From contig NW_021833046.1 in NCBI RefSeq assembly GCF_006345805.1, positions 1 to 64,000 on the forward strand: a stretch of 64,000 nucleotides of DNA, read 5' to 3'. Position 1 is the stretch's first letter; every line of letters starts with the position of its first letter. A program made the translations under genes and the position numbers. This DNA is from Octopus sinensis. Lineage: Eukaryota. The notes beneath the pieces are model-generated. The model was not told the DNA's origin. It ran no database searches and saw only the letters and a program-made list of their open reading frames with translations. This document shows positions 1 through 12,015 of the stretch, one piece after another.

Positions 1-164
1 CGTCCGTTCCATATACACATACATACATCTTTCACTTTCTCCTCTCTTTCGTCTACTGCTCTCACTTTAAGGCAAATGTCGCCTTTTCACTTTCTCTTCT
101 CTTTCAATTTTTGTTCATTTCAAACCATAAAGAAATAACAAAAACAAATACGGAAATTAATGAA

Positions 165-355
165 TGCATTCGAAAACTGAGTTGCCCATTTTGACGCATT
201 AGGTATCAAAAGATTCAGTAGTCTTTCGGCTATCAAATGAACTTTATTTTCATTTACGTATTTGCATTACAAAAAGTTGACATTATAATCCTTCTATATG
301 TCAACTATCGTAAACAACATTTTATACCACCACGGTACATTTTCTATATGTGTGT
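165..355 (+). repeat. Unclassified dispersed repeat (second copy at about 6655-6850)
   Basis: Shared GAGTTGCC...GTATCAAAAGATTCAGTAG...TTTGCATTACAAAAA...CTATCGTAAAC blocks in both copies. Confidence 0.6.
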
Positions 356-506
356 GTACCATAAAAGACATCCATTTCTCTATATGTTATGAGGAAATAC
401 AGTCACTCACTTTCTTTATCACATGCACACGCACACATACGTGCAAAAAAGACGTATGCACATGTCTTTATGTACGTGTATATGAAAGATAATGTGTGTG
501 TGAAAG

Positions 507-827
507 AGTTTAACCAAAACCGGGTATCTTATAGTCGTGATTCATATCGAGCCCTTCTGGGTATTAGCGCGCGTCTACGATGAGTCTACGATTTTAAAAA
601 AATTTACCATCATTTTTTTCCATTTTAATGCATTTTTTTGCTATTAAATACGGGAAGTAACTCTCTAAAAATGTCTACGATGAGTCAACGATTTAAAAAA
701 AAATTTACCATAATTTTTTTCCCATTTTTAATGCATTTTTTTGCTAATTTTTTGGCTATAACTCTCTAAAAATGCTTATATAGTTATTTCCCTTACAAAC
801 CCGAGTAACACCGGGCGATACTGCTAG
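507..827 (+). mobile_element. Non-autonomous Helitron, 5'-truncated and internally rearranged
   Basis: 3' end CCCG-agtaacac-CGGG hairpin, then CTAG|T at 824-828; homologous to the copies at 37843 and 41312; internal tandem duplication of the GTCTACGATGAGTC block. Confidence 0.75.
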
Positions 828-1601
828 TATATATATTATATATATATATATATATATACTGTATACTCGTATTTAAGAACAGTCAAACATTAGATGAAAG
901 GTATAGTTCGATAGATGTTTAAGTAGCGTATCAAATTTATTTTTCAAGGAAAAAGTTGATAGTGACTTCGAAGTCACTATCATCAGCCAGTCAGTCAGAT
1001 TAAACTAGCCCACAACGAAACTTCGACTAGTGTGTGTGTGTGTGTGTGCGTGTGCGCATCTGTAGATGCAAGCATGGCTGTGTGGATAACAAGTTCTCTT
1101 TATTTCTAGTCACGTGATTTCAACCTCGCTCCCCTGCACGTCACCTCGGACAAGTGCTTTCTCGTATAGGCTCGGTTCAACCAGTCCCTCGTGAATGAAA
1201 TTAAGTAGACAGAAACTGTACGGAAACCTATCCCACGCATGTATATGTGTGTCTGTTTATGATTATATCTCGTAAGTCAAACGGCTCGACCTTATATATT
1301 TCCATTATATAATCACCAAGATTTTAGAAAATTATGAACTGGTAATGAGGCAAATTATAGTTTCATAGAAGAATGGCGTTACTTCATATTTCAGATCATG
1401 GGGGGAAGAGTACTTGTAAACGTCGTTCAAAAAAATGTCATCCTCACGGACCTTAGCTCCTCAAACCTATTTTCATCACTGATTACTATGATCGATATGA
1501 TCAACAAAAACCCTTGAAAGAGGTGCCCAAGCATGATCGTTGTTCAATGAGTGAAACCAGTATAAGATACAGATATAAATATATGATTTAATATCTTACA
1601 A

Positions 1602-2640
1602 TGAGAGGCTGACATCTACTAACACAACTTCCTACCATCCAGCCATAGTTTTCAAAAACCTAGCGAAGAAGGTTAGCAGAATATTCTTCAACCTATCTTC
1701 AGATAAGGAAATCTCTGCCCTGCAGCTCCCTACTGTAACAAGGCTATGACTTCTAGAGGTTTCAGGGACAGCTTTTGTTGTACGATCGCCCCTCGCACCG
1801 CGAAGAGAAAACACCACTGTAAGGTCATACGGTTCGCACTCCCATTTTGTATTAATGGTAAAACTTTTCCTGAGTTTAGTAGATAAGCATTTTCTACAGA
1901 CAGGTTCAGGAAAATTCTAAATAGACATGCTTCGTGGGTCTCTTTTAGTTTCGCACCTAATATAAAAAATTTTTAGTAAGCAGCCCTAACCTAGCACAAG
2001 TAGATTGCTCATATAGAGATAAAGTCAGATGCCCATGCTCAATGTAATATTGAAACAGTCATGTGTGAGATAGAGGTAGCCTCGAAAGATCCCACTGAGA
2101 CGCCGAATGTACGGAAATATTGGGCGCAATGGAAGGCCTCTTCAAGATAAGACTCAACAACCACAAATCTTTGTTTAATATCCAGGAGAGACATGTGTGG
2201 TTCTTGAAAGAAAATATAACATGAAGTGGAGACCTTACCTCAATTGCAATATGAAGTGTAGACTTTGTTAAGCAGAGAAAAGAAGTATATAGCAGAGCTC
2301 GTTCCACCCGAACTTTAAAAGTGAAATGTTTTACTTCTACCCTCATGAGTGAAGGTTTATCTTAGCTAATTGGTCGGGTACGCCGTAGCCATATAAGTAA
2401 ACTCTTCTCTCGCCATAAACGAAGAGTTAATATTTCTCCCACACCCGGCATTTATATATATCCAAGGAACACAACTCTGATGAGAGAAGTTCCCCGCTTA
2501 TTTTAAATACGTTTTTCATTCACGTTAATCTCTCTGTTCGTTGTTACTGTTTCATTTGTTTGGCTTTCCTAACCAAGTTTGCTATATTTTGCTTTAGTGT
2601 TTCTTGTTAGAGTGCGAATTAGTGGATAGTTAAAAAAATT
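1602..2640 (+). mobile_element. Penelope-like element 3' fragment (thumb/linker, GIY-YIG endonuclease, 3' UTR), degenerate
   Basis: + strand translation with frameshifts gives HPAIVFKNL...KVIRFALP...FRKILNRHASWVSFSFAPNIK...ILGAMEGLFKIRLNNHKSLF...KCRLC*AEKRSI...RFILAN, matching PLE C-terminal motifs. Confidence 0.75.
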
Positions 2641-3802
2641 TTTATACAATGATGCAGTTTGGCAAATTGTTATAAGTTATCAAGATCGAAATGTAGTTTA
2701 TACATAAGAAATTATGCACATATATGATTGTGTGTGTGTTTTATTTAGAATTTGCACATGGAATCGTCGAGGAATATGTAAATATACTTCAAATTACTAC
2801 TTGTAGTTTTCTTCCAGATATACTGTTAAATTACTTATATACATATATGTGCGATTGTCATCTATAAGAGATGAGGACTCTCAACCTCTGTTTGGCATAG
2901 TTTATCATAACATTATGTAATACAGTTGTCAGTATACACTACGGTTAATATTGTGTGGTTACGTCATAGATCAGTAATTCATTCATCGTGAACAAAAACA
3001 CTTCCCAACCGTCTTGATTATGCATCTGATAAGCGAATTACATAATTATAAGGCAATCTCACGAAACTAGCATTTTAGAGTTTACGACTACCAGAAGTGG
3101 ATATTTTACCTTCAAATTCGAAACCAAAACCTTGGATACGCACTCAGACATCACGAGTAAACTACAGCAGTTCACGTGATCGGTCTCTTAACCGACCAAT
3201 CCACATGAAGCGATGGCATGGACAGGTTTTTCTCCAGCATTCAAGAATTCGGCTTCCTACAAAACTGTTCGGCGCGCATTTTTACGAGTCAGACAACCCA
3301 GGGAGGCAGCTAAGACAGATGGTGCATGTTGCCGTATCAATAGCTTTCCGTAAACTCCAAGCAGTACCTCTCCCCCAGTATGTAATTATTGCCGTTGTTA
3401 TCTATAAAAGGCTACGTAGTTTGTCTTTGTGTGCGATAATAAAATTAAATGTCTGCAAGTGTTGTTCAGTTGCTTCTGTACGCAGCCCAAGAAACATATT
3501 TTCATTCACCAACTCAACCAGTCACCTGCCTATGACTCAAAAGAAGTGTTATTACGACACAGTAGCACTGAGTTGTGCGATGCGGGGTTAGGATTCCATG
3601 TCAATTTCAACATTTTCAATTTTCCTTTCTTCTTTGAATTTTAATCTTTGATCTCTAATTTTAATCTTTGATCTCCAACGAGGACACTCCGGAAGATTCC
3701 AGTGTGAAACGGAGTGAATTTGCTAACCGGTCAGGTCAGCATACAGACCGATCTCTTAAGGACATTTTTCCTTAGAATTTGCTTGTACACACACACATAC
3801 AT

Positions 3803-3852
<50 letters not shown>

Positions 3853-4691
3853 CATTCAGACGAGATATGTCTTGACTAAACCGGAAGTATAATATGCCTA
3901 CATATATATAACTCTACCGTATATCAATTTAGATTGATACTTTGGCGTGTGATCTACAGCTTCAAGGGAGATTACTTTAGTTGTTAGTTTCTTTATGTTG
4001 CAAAACTCACGGCTGCCGAACTTGTGTGATCTACGCGCATATTTTAATTATCATAGTGTTTATTATTGGTTTCGTATTATTATTCATTAAGACATAAATG
4101 AAACATGGTTTAATTATTATTAAAATAGTAAGAATTTTGAAAAAAAAAAAACATTTACAATGCTAAGGATGTACAAAAGAATTTATCGTTTTACAATAAA
4201 TCTTTAGCCAACATGTTAAGTGTTTTTAGAAATTGAAAAGTAAAGTAAAAAGTACCCTAAAGTAATTTCCCTTGAGGTTGTAAATTACACGCCAAAGTAG
4301 CACTCAATTCAGGATACAGACCATTGTCTTAGGGATATTTTCCCTCAGAATTTTTTACTTGTATATACACATACACTCGCACGCACACACACACACACAA
4401 ACACACGCCTCCCCACCCACATATAAAACGACTAGCAGAAACACCTCTCTCGGCGCAGTTTTCTACTAAACGTTAAATAATATTTACATATTTAATTCTC
4501 AATTTTTGTAAATTTCCTGACATGTTACGTCTAATTCCCCTTCGTATCAGTTATTCGTCTAACAGCGCTTGCCCGTTCGGTAAATACATTTAGAATAATA
4601 GCAAGCACTCAAAGGCAGTGTTAGAATTTTTTAAGAAATGAGGTATTATGTTGAATCAACTGAACCACGTAAAAATCCTCAGTGTAATATA

Positions 4692-5943
4692 TTGGGTTGG
4701 CAACTAAATTCCCGCCGTTTCTTAAAATTTTTATTTTTTAAAAGGTTTAATAAAAAACAACAACTAATTAATCAATAATGCTTTCACCCTTGTTGTTTAC
4801 AACTTCTTCCCAACGTTCAACAAGATTTTCAATACCTCGTTGGTAGGTATCACCCGATTTCGACACGAAAAGTTGATCCAACCAAGCTCTCAATTCTGAA
4901 TCAGTATTGAACGAAACACCACGCATAGCATTTGAAAGAGATCGAAAGAGGTGGAAATCTGTTGGTGCCAAATCAGGAGAGTATGGCGGGTGTGGCAGCA
5001 CTTCCCAGCCATGCGTTTGAATGGCTTCCTGTGGTCATATTGGCGATATGAGGGCGGGCGTTGTCGTGCAGTAGAAGAATTCCATGCTGCAGATTAGATC
5101 TTTTCTCTTGAATAGCCGTGTTGAGTCGTTCCATCAGTTGAATATACAGTTCTGCGTTGACCGTTTGGTTCCGTTAAAGCAATTCGTAATGGAAATCCCT
5201 TCCCAGTCCCACCATACGCACAACATCGTTTTACGCAGATGAAGATCTTGTTTCACGCGCGGTGTCGCTTGTTTACCAGGGCTAAGCCATTTCTTACGCT
5301 GCTTCATATTGATGTACAGGCACCATGTTCGTCGCCATTAACGGTTCGGTAAAGAAACCGTTGCTTGTGTCCATGAGTTGAACGGTGACGAGCAAGCAAA
5401 CCAGCGGAGATTGTGGCTTGTTGATTTTTGTTGTTGTCACTTAAAGCATGCGGAACCCATGCTCCATACTTCTAAACCTTTCCCATCGAGTGACGATGCT
5501 TCTCTATAACAGTGTGGAAGCATTACATTTTCTCTGCCAGTTCTCTTGTCGTTTGACGAGAATTTTCGTGCAAAAGTTGGTTTAATCTCTCTTCATCGAA
5601 CTCAAATGGACGGCCAGAACGAGGTGCGTCTTTGAGGTTAAAATTTCCATTTTTGAACTTGGCATACCAATCACGAGCGATTCTTTCAGCTATGGCACCC
5701 TCTCCATACACAGCACAAATGTCGCGAGCAGCTTTTGCGGCCTTAGAACCTTGATTAAAAGCAAAAAGAAGGAGGTGTCGAAAATACTCGTTTTTCTTAA
5801 CTTGACATTCCATTTTAATGATCTGAAAATAAACAAAAATTAACTAAAATTAACTAGAAAAAAAGCTTAATAGATTCCAAAATTTAAAAATGCAATAAAT
5901 TCCAAAATTTAAAAAATCGGCGGGAACTTAGTTGACAACCCAA
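4692..5943 (-). mobile_element. Full-length mariner element (DD34D), 1252 bp, TA target duplication
   Basis: TIRs TTGGGTTGGCAACTAAATTCCCGCCG and CGGCGGGAACTTAGTTGACAACCCAA, flanked by TA at 4690-4691 and 5944-5945. Confidence 0.93.
4768..5813 (-). pseudogene. Mariner transposase pseudogene (frameshifts and stops)
   Basis: N-terminal HTH (MECQVKKNEYFRHLLLF...PRSGRP), WVPHAL, HDNARPH and YSPDLAPTD; 34 residues between the catalytic Asp residues after correcting one frameshift. Confidence 0.92.
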
Positions 5944-5988
5944 TATATATATATACTTTATTTAAAGCAGCAGAAAATTCAACAAAAT

Positions 5989-6026
5989 CTGTTACTCTGA
6001 GTTTCTCGTTGCCGTTCATCAGACAG
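5989..6026 (-). ncRNA. Minimal type I hammerhead ribozyme motif (mirror copy)
   Basis: Exact reverse complement of 6033-6070. Confidence 0.75.
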
Positions 6027-6032
6027 TTTTTG

Positions 6033-6070
6033 CTGTCTGATGAACGGCAACGAGAAACTCAGAGTAACAG
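6033..6070 (+). ncRNA. Minimal type I hammerhead ribozyme motif
   Basis: CTGT-[CTGATGA]-A CG GCAA CG A-[GAAA]-C TCAGA G-T-A|ACAG: helix I CUGU/ACAG, GUA cleavage triplet, near-palindromic ACTCAGAGT helix III. Confidence 0.75.
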
Positions 6071-6172
6071 ATTTTGTTGAATTTTCTGCTGCTTTAAATA
6101 AAGCATATTACTCTACCACTGGTATTTGAGTACTCTTTTTTCCACCTTGTTTCACATTTATGTGTTTACTCC

Positions 6173-6243
<71 letters not shown>

Positions 6244-6608
6244 GAAGATTTCGTAATGAACTGGATTAGATAAGACACCAAGAATATACTGGGGAAAAAA
6301 TCATATTGAAAAAGTTACAGTAAGTTCAAACACATGTGATAGTATACTTTATTTGCTCTGCATTACTTTTCCGTCGATACATTTATTTGTACATTTGAAT
6401 ATCAATAACCTATATAAACTCACAGAGATGGGAAATCATATTTATTTTATTCCCGTTCATTATACGAACTACGATAACACAAACAGTGATCTCAGCAAAG
6501 GAAATAAATATTGAAAATATTTAACGCATTTCATATAAATATATATATATTTATAAGAGAGTATGTGTGTCTCTGTGTGTTTCTGTGTGTTTCTGTGTGT
6601 GTGTGTGT

Positions 6609-6646
<38 letters not shown>

Positions 6647-7693
6647 CCGTATACATTCCAAAATTGAGTTGCCGATTTTGGCGTATCAAAAGATTCAGTA
6701 GGCTTTTGGCTACCAACTAAACTATATTTTCATTTACATATTTGCATTACAAAAATTTAACAGCGTCATTTTACTTTTAGTCATCTATCGTAAACGACAT
6801 CTTATATCACCACCACAACGACAATGCCATCACGTTTTCTATATGAGTGTGTTCGCGCGTTTGTTACCTACGTTGTTAGGCCGATGACTGACAAATATAT
6901 GTGTGTGACGGTGTATGTGTCTGTCAGTATACATGCATTTTTGTGACGACCGACACACACAGTGACAGAGATAGGCTCCAGGTGTGCGTTAATGTATATG
7001 TGTGTATGTGTCTTAGTTTATGTATGTATCTTTCTCCCGTCCAACAGTGAAACACGCTGATATTGAAAGTTTAGTTGTGGCCTGGACTTTAAACGAACAA
7101 CAGCATTCACTTTGAAATGCTACCAACATGAAGATTTGGCTGCTTTAACTCCACTCACAATACTCGCAAATATATCTTAAAAATAATTTTATTCTGGTTA
7201 TTATAACAAATTCGGAAACTTGGCGAAGTAGAAAGCCTCAGTATAATTACAATATAATTACGGAAATGTTACTCCACTACTTCTAACTAGTTTCAAGATG
7301 ATGTTTTTTTAATAGTCCTTGTATTCTTTATCACTATAAGCATCAACGTTGCACAACCTTTTTACTGCTTTAGTATTTATTCTACAACCTACAACGTTAC
7401 ACAGTTGAAAAAGATGTAGTAATATCAGATTAATATCTTGCTACACACATCCTTCGGCGAATAGTTTAAATTAACGTTACGACAACAGCATCTTCCTTTC
7501 TATACACTTGGTTCAGCGTTCGCTTCAAAATTGTAAAATAAATTATTTTTGTATGAAAAATTGAATTATGCCTTCTGAATTTTCTTGGACTTTCACTTTC
7601 TTCACCGTGATATTCAGTCGTGAATTTTAAAATATTTAGTACATGTTCCAAATAAATGTTAACTTTCTGTACTTTGTTACTTTGGTGATGCAT

Positions 7694-7871
7694 AGTAACT
7701 TTTGCTAAATTAGTGACTTACCATTTTTATATAGCATAACAATGCTACAGGTAGTATGTTTTGCACCTATATTGACAACATTTAGGAACTTTTGCTAAAT
7801 TGGTGACTTTCTATTTTTTATAGCATAACTATGCTACAGAAAGTAGGTTTAGCACCTATAGTGACTACATT
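7694..7871 (+). repeat. Diverged tandem duplication of an approximately 89-bp unit
   Basis: AACTTTTGCTAAATT(A/G)GTGACTT...ATAGCATAAC.ATGCTACAG...GCACCTATA.TGAC.ACATTT occurs twice in succession. Confidence 0.7.
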
Positions 7872-7998
7872 TCGTTTCGCTTGAACTTCGTATGTGTATA
7901 TTTTACATTTTGCTATTTTCAATATTATCAATTCTATGAGTGTGCTTCTGCGTTCCTTACATCTATAGTAAACTATAGTAAAGAACATTTTACGCTGT

Positions 7999-8310
7999 TT
8001 TAATGAGCCCACATCTAATGAAGTAGCTATCATTATGGTTGGTGATCCACATGAAAATCATGATATTCTCATTCGTGTTCGAGATAACAACCTTAAACCT
8101 GTTTCACAGACTCATCCCTCTTATCATACTCCCCGGTATACGCTTATTCTGTGGAATGGACAAGACGGGTATCATTTCAATATTCCACGGATTGAACCAG
8201 CAACAGGATAGCTAATTATAAACAAAAGGGTGTCGTCAAATGACTTCTATTCTTACCAACTAATGTTAAGACCAGAACAATCAAATCAATTACACATGTC
8301 AAATAAACTT
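7999..8310 (+). pseudogene. Helitron Rep (helitron_like_N region) coding fragment
   Basis: One frame reads FNEPTSNEVAIIMVGD...VSQTHPSYHTPRYTLILWNGQDGYHFNI...KRVSSNDFYSYQLMLR, with one in-frame TAG at 8209; matches the Helitron FNxPTxxEVA, THxSYDxLxYPL and GxDGYH motifs. Confidence 0.8.
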
Positions 8311-8336
8311 AATTTCCATTTAAATATTTAGAGCTG

Positions 8337-8754
8337 GGATCTTTTCGGTTTGAACGCCAGTTTTTAACATAATTTCTAGGTAACTAAAAAATTTTAAACT
8401 TCGTATACTGGTAGAATGTGTTTTTAAAACATCTTTTTCTCTTGGCTTTATTGAGAAAATTCTATAGTTTGTAAGATATTTGTTGTTGTTTTCTTCAATT
8501 TCTGCAATTTCAACCAATCAATGACCGTCTATTGAGGTGTAAACATTCTGTGTCGTATGAAAATGTCCCTCGTTTAAGAAACAGATTGGGATTATTTACA
8601 TTTGTGAAGAAAAAAAGATACCCTTCCCGCACACCTAACCCTAACTAACCCTAAAATAGATTGAAATGCAATAGATCGATACTAGGGTCATAATTATGGG
8701 TGACAATTTCATATGACACCGCTAGAAAAACTGCCGTTCGAACCGAAAAGATCC
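8337..8754. mobile_element. Merlin-like MITE, copy 1
   Basis: TIR GGATCTTTTCGGTTTGAACG...; perfect 9-bp TSD TTAGAGCTG at 8328-8336 and 8755-8763. Confidence 0.8.
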
Positions 8755-9164
8755 TTAGAGCTGAAATACTATTGGTTAGAATCATGGACAAGTTACCTGA
8801 TATGCTGCGGCCGAGCCGATTTCTGTTGTTACTGAGCTAACGTGGTTTCAAATGTAAGCACCGCTACAGGTTAATAAAAATGAGAGCTTTAAGAAAAAAA
8901 AATGAAAACAGGTGCCAAAATCAAAGTTTTGTATTTATGATACAAATAAATGTTATATCCAAAGTTTGTCCGACTTGGAATATTACTAATTCCATAGAAA
9001 AACTTTATATGCATAAGTTCTTTTATGCTTAAATGACATTATGGAAACAAAGAAATATTCGGTAACATTTTTTTTCTCCTTTCCTATGTTTATGTACAGC
9101 AGCAAACGGTAAACTTTCACTATTACACCTGTCTCGTGAAAATTTACAGAAAACTAGCATAAAG

Positions 9165-9465
9165 TGGGGGAGGATACTCTGAAACTACCATATGCCCTTC
9201 CTTCAGGCAACTCCCAAGCTGAAGTAATTGTTGATAACAATCTAAGCTAGAGTTCCCACATAAATAGCAAGGTGACTTGGTCCGCAAGATGTGCTCCTGG
9301 ATTCTGAGAACTTTCTGGTCTACAAATGCTCGCACCATCATCCTTCTCTACTCTACTTTTGCCCGTCCCCACCTTGACTACTGTTACCCACTGTGGTCTC
9401 TCCATATGAGTGGAAGCACTCCAGTGGTCAACAAAAACAAGAAAAGTTAATATCATGACAGACAT
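9165..9465 (+). mobile_element. CR1-clade LINE ORF2 fragment, degenerate
   Basis: Translation across frameshifts: VIVDNNLS*SSHINSK...RKMCSWILRTFWSTNARTIILLYSTFARPHLDYCYPLWS. Confidence 0.7.
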
Positions 9466-9474
9466 TGACTACTG

Positions 9475-9755
9475 GGGTCGACTAAAAAAATTTGAACTCA
9501 GAACGTAACGGCAGACGAAATACCTATTTCTTTACTACTCACAAGGGGCTAAACACAGGGAGGACAAACAAGGACAGACAAACGGATTAAGTCGATTATA
9601 TTGACCCCAGTGCGTAACTGGTACTTATTTAATCGACTCCGAAAGGATGAAAGGCAAAGTCGACCTCGGCGGAATTTGAACTCGGAAAGTTGCGGCAGAC
9701 GAAATACCGCTGGGCATTTCGCCCGGCGTGCTAACGGTTCTGCCAGCTCGCCGCC
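9475..9755 (-). mobile_element. tRNA-derived SINE family B (head GGCGGCGAGCTGGCAGAA)
   Basis: Head and body match other copies at 26395-26590, 28770-28925, 37054-37183, 46725-47170, 50930-51090, 59406-59624 and 60390-60800. Confidence 0.7.
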
Positions 9756-10168
9756 TTTAGTTCTTTGGGGATTTTTTCTATCAAAAAAAAAAAAAAAAAA
9801 AAAAATATTAGTAAAATCCTTAAGGGCTACATTTTATTGTTTATTGCAGACATCATGTGACATTGAATCCCAATTGTGCCTTCTAGGCTCTTCTAGGAAA
9901 TTTGAGGGCATCTTACTACCTTTTTGCGATCCAGGTTCAAATTCTCACCACCTTTGACTTTTGTAGTCAACCTTTTGAAGGTCGACAAGTCTGCAATTCC
10001 TTGCACGTTCGCAGATCAGAGTTTGGAAGCACTTGTAATAGTAAAAATTTATACTACGGACAAAATGTCAGCGAGAAAGGTAAAGAAATTGTCTATTCTA
10101 AGAATGGAAATGGATAAAAACTAAGGAAACTCTTAAAATGAGTTGTCCAATGGTATGGAACAACTTTG

Positions 10169-10576
10169 GGATCTTTTTGGTTTGAACAGCAGTTTTTTCT
10201 AGCGGTGTCATATGAAATTGTCACCCATAATTATGACCCTAGTATCGATCTATTGCATTTCAATCTGTTTTAGGGTTAGGGGTGGGGGAAAGGGTATCTT
10301 TTTTTCTTCAGAAATGTAAATAAACCCAATCTGTTTCTTAAACGAGGGACATATTCATACGGCACAGAATGTTTTCACCTCAATAGACGTCATTGATTGG
10401 TTGAAATTGCAGAAATTGAAGAAAAAACCCCAAATATTTTACAAACTATAGAATTTTCTCAATAAAGCCAAGAGAAAAAGATGTTTTAAAAACACATTCT
10501 ACCAGTATACGAAGTTTAAAAGTGTTTAGTTACGTGGAAATTATTTTAAAAACTGCCATTCAAACCGAAAAGATTC
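10169..10576. mobile_element. Merlin-like MITE, copy 2 (opposite orientation to copy 1)
   Basis: Same TIR and interior; 8-bp TSD CAACTTTG at 10161-10168 and 10577-10584. Confidence 0.8.
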
Positions 10577-10801
10577 CAACTTTGCTTAAAATATAACTGA
10601 CCTAGATTTTTATTACCAGTTTCGTAAAAATACATCAATACATACAAATGATGTGCTCATAAATGATTTGTCGATACTCCCAAACAATCTAAATCGCTAA
10701 TGGTCCTCTTTAATTATTCATTACGTAATAAATACTAAGTGTTGTCATATATGTTATGAGTTGGTCCGAGAGATGATAAAATGAATATTACGTTACAAAT
10801 A

Positions 10802-11050
10802 GTGGAGGCGCGTGGCTTAGTGGTTAAGGTGTTGAATTCATGATCGTAAGATTGTGGTTTCGATTCCTGGACCGGGCGACGCGTTGTGTTCTTGAGCAAA
10901 ACACTTCATTTCACGTTGCTCCAGTCGACTCAGCTGGCAAAACTGAGTAATCCTGCGACGGACTAGCATCCCGTCCAGGTGGGGAATTCCTACGCCACTG
11001 AAACCGAGAAACCGGCCCTTATGAGCCTGGCATGGCTCGAGAAGGAACAT
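10802..11050 (+). mobile_element. tRNA-derived SINE family D with CORE-like CTTGAGCAAAACACTT segment
   Basis: A-box TGGCTTAGTGG and B-box GGTTTCGATTCC; relatives at 14975-15290 (-), 43425-43760 (+) and 62865-63165 (+). Confidence 0.7.
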
Positions 11051-11254
11051 TTATTTTATTTTTATGTTACAAATAACACATTAAGTCTACCGCCACAGAC
11101 GTATATAACCACAAGCGTATAATTCTTACTACGCATCGTAGTTTCAATAACAATGTCTCCTCAACCTTCTATACTCATATGTGTCTCAGCATGGCTGCAG
11201 TCTAATGATTGAAAGAGATAAAAGGAACACACACACGTGTATATATATATTCTT

Positions 11255-11540
11255 TGTAAGCCCAGTACTTATTCTATCGGTCTCTTTTGCCGAACCGCTA
11301 AGTGACGGGGACGTAAACACACCAGCATCGGTTGTCAAGCAATGCTAGGGGGACAAACACAGACACACAAACACACACATATATATACATATATACGACA
11401 GGCTTCTTTCAGTTTCCGTCTACCAAATCCACTCACAAGGCATTGGTCGGCTCGAGGCTATAGCAGAAGACACTTGCCCAAGATGCCACGCAGTGGGACT
11501 GAACCCAGAACCATGTGTTGGTTAGCAAGCTACTTACCAC
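11255..11540 (-). mobile_element. tRNA-derived SINE family A, partial
   Basis: Matches the full copy at 18091-18480. Confidence 0.8.
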
Positions 11541-11584
11541 TCCAGAGAATTATTATTGCTATATATATATATATATATATATTA

Positions 11585-11696
11585 TTTAGAGTTCCTTGAC
11601 GTGACTCTGGACCTGGAATCAGGTGCTTATAGGCCCTTTAGGAACCAAATGAAAAGGTGCTTTACGTTAACACAGTTCCGGCCATCCAGCCATAGT
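11585..11696 (+). mobile_element. PLE RT thumb fragment (same family as the 1602-2640 element)
   Basis: LEFLDVTLDLESGAYRPFR motif; its last ~45 nt are homologous to the first ~45 nt of the 1602 fragment. Confidence 0.65.
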
Positions 11697-11790
11697 GTGT
11701 GTGTGTGTGTAATATACATATATATTATATATATATATAATACATATATATTATATATATACATATATATATATATAATATATATATATT

Positions 11791-11846
<56 letters not shown>

Positions 11847-12015
11847 ATAATAAATATTAGGAATGATCCAAATTACAGGAAAAATCAGATTTAGGGTTAA
11901 ATCCAATTTTATAGTAAAATATTATAATATAATTCGAGACAAAACCACTATTTTTAAAAAAAAACCAAGGAAGACTTAATCAATACATAAAATTTTAATA
12001 TAATTAAATAAACCG

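Larger units (their letters stand above)
5956..6175. mobile_element. Fold-back PLE-type terminal repeat: perfect 71-bp inverted arms (5956-6026, 6033-6103) with a 6-nt loop, inserted in (TA)n
   Basis: Arms checked base by base as exact reverse complements; each carries a hammerhead motif. Confidence 0.8.

Noticed and set aside
2476-2520. CTGATGAG in the PLE 3' UTR as a hammerhead
   Set aside because: No downstream GAAA/helix III; at most a decayed remnant.
3097-3591. 164-aa ORF
   Set aside because: Starts at GTG, has no recognisable motif and no splice context; not supportable as a CDS.
3675-3722. CCAACGA-GGACACT...AGTGT-GAAAC hammerhead-like stretch
   Set aside because: Core has two mismatches to CUGANGA, with no NUH/helix I closure.
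10802-10880. tRNA-like heads (also at 18091, 21057, 43425, 62865) as tRNA genes
   Set aside because: A/B boxes run directly into SINE bodies and no full cloverleaf is evident; treated as SINEs.
1635-11696. 15-bp direct repeat CCATCCAGCCATAGT at 1635-1649 and 11682-11696 as a TSD of a 10-kb insertion
   Set aside because: Homology extends about 30 nt further upstream in both; they are overlapping parts of two PLE fragments of one family.
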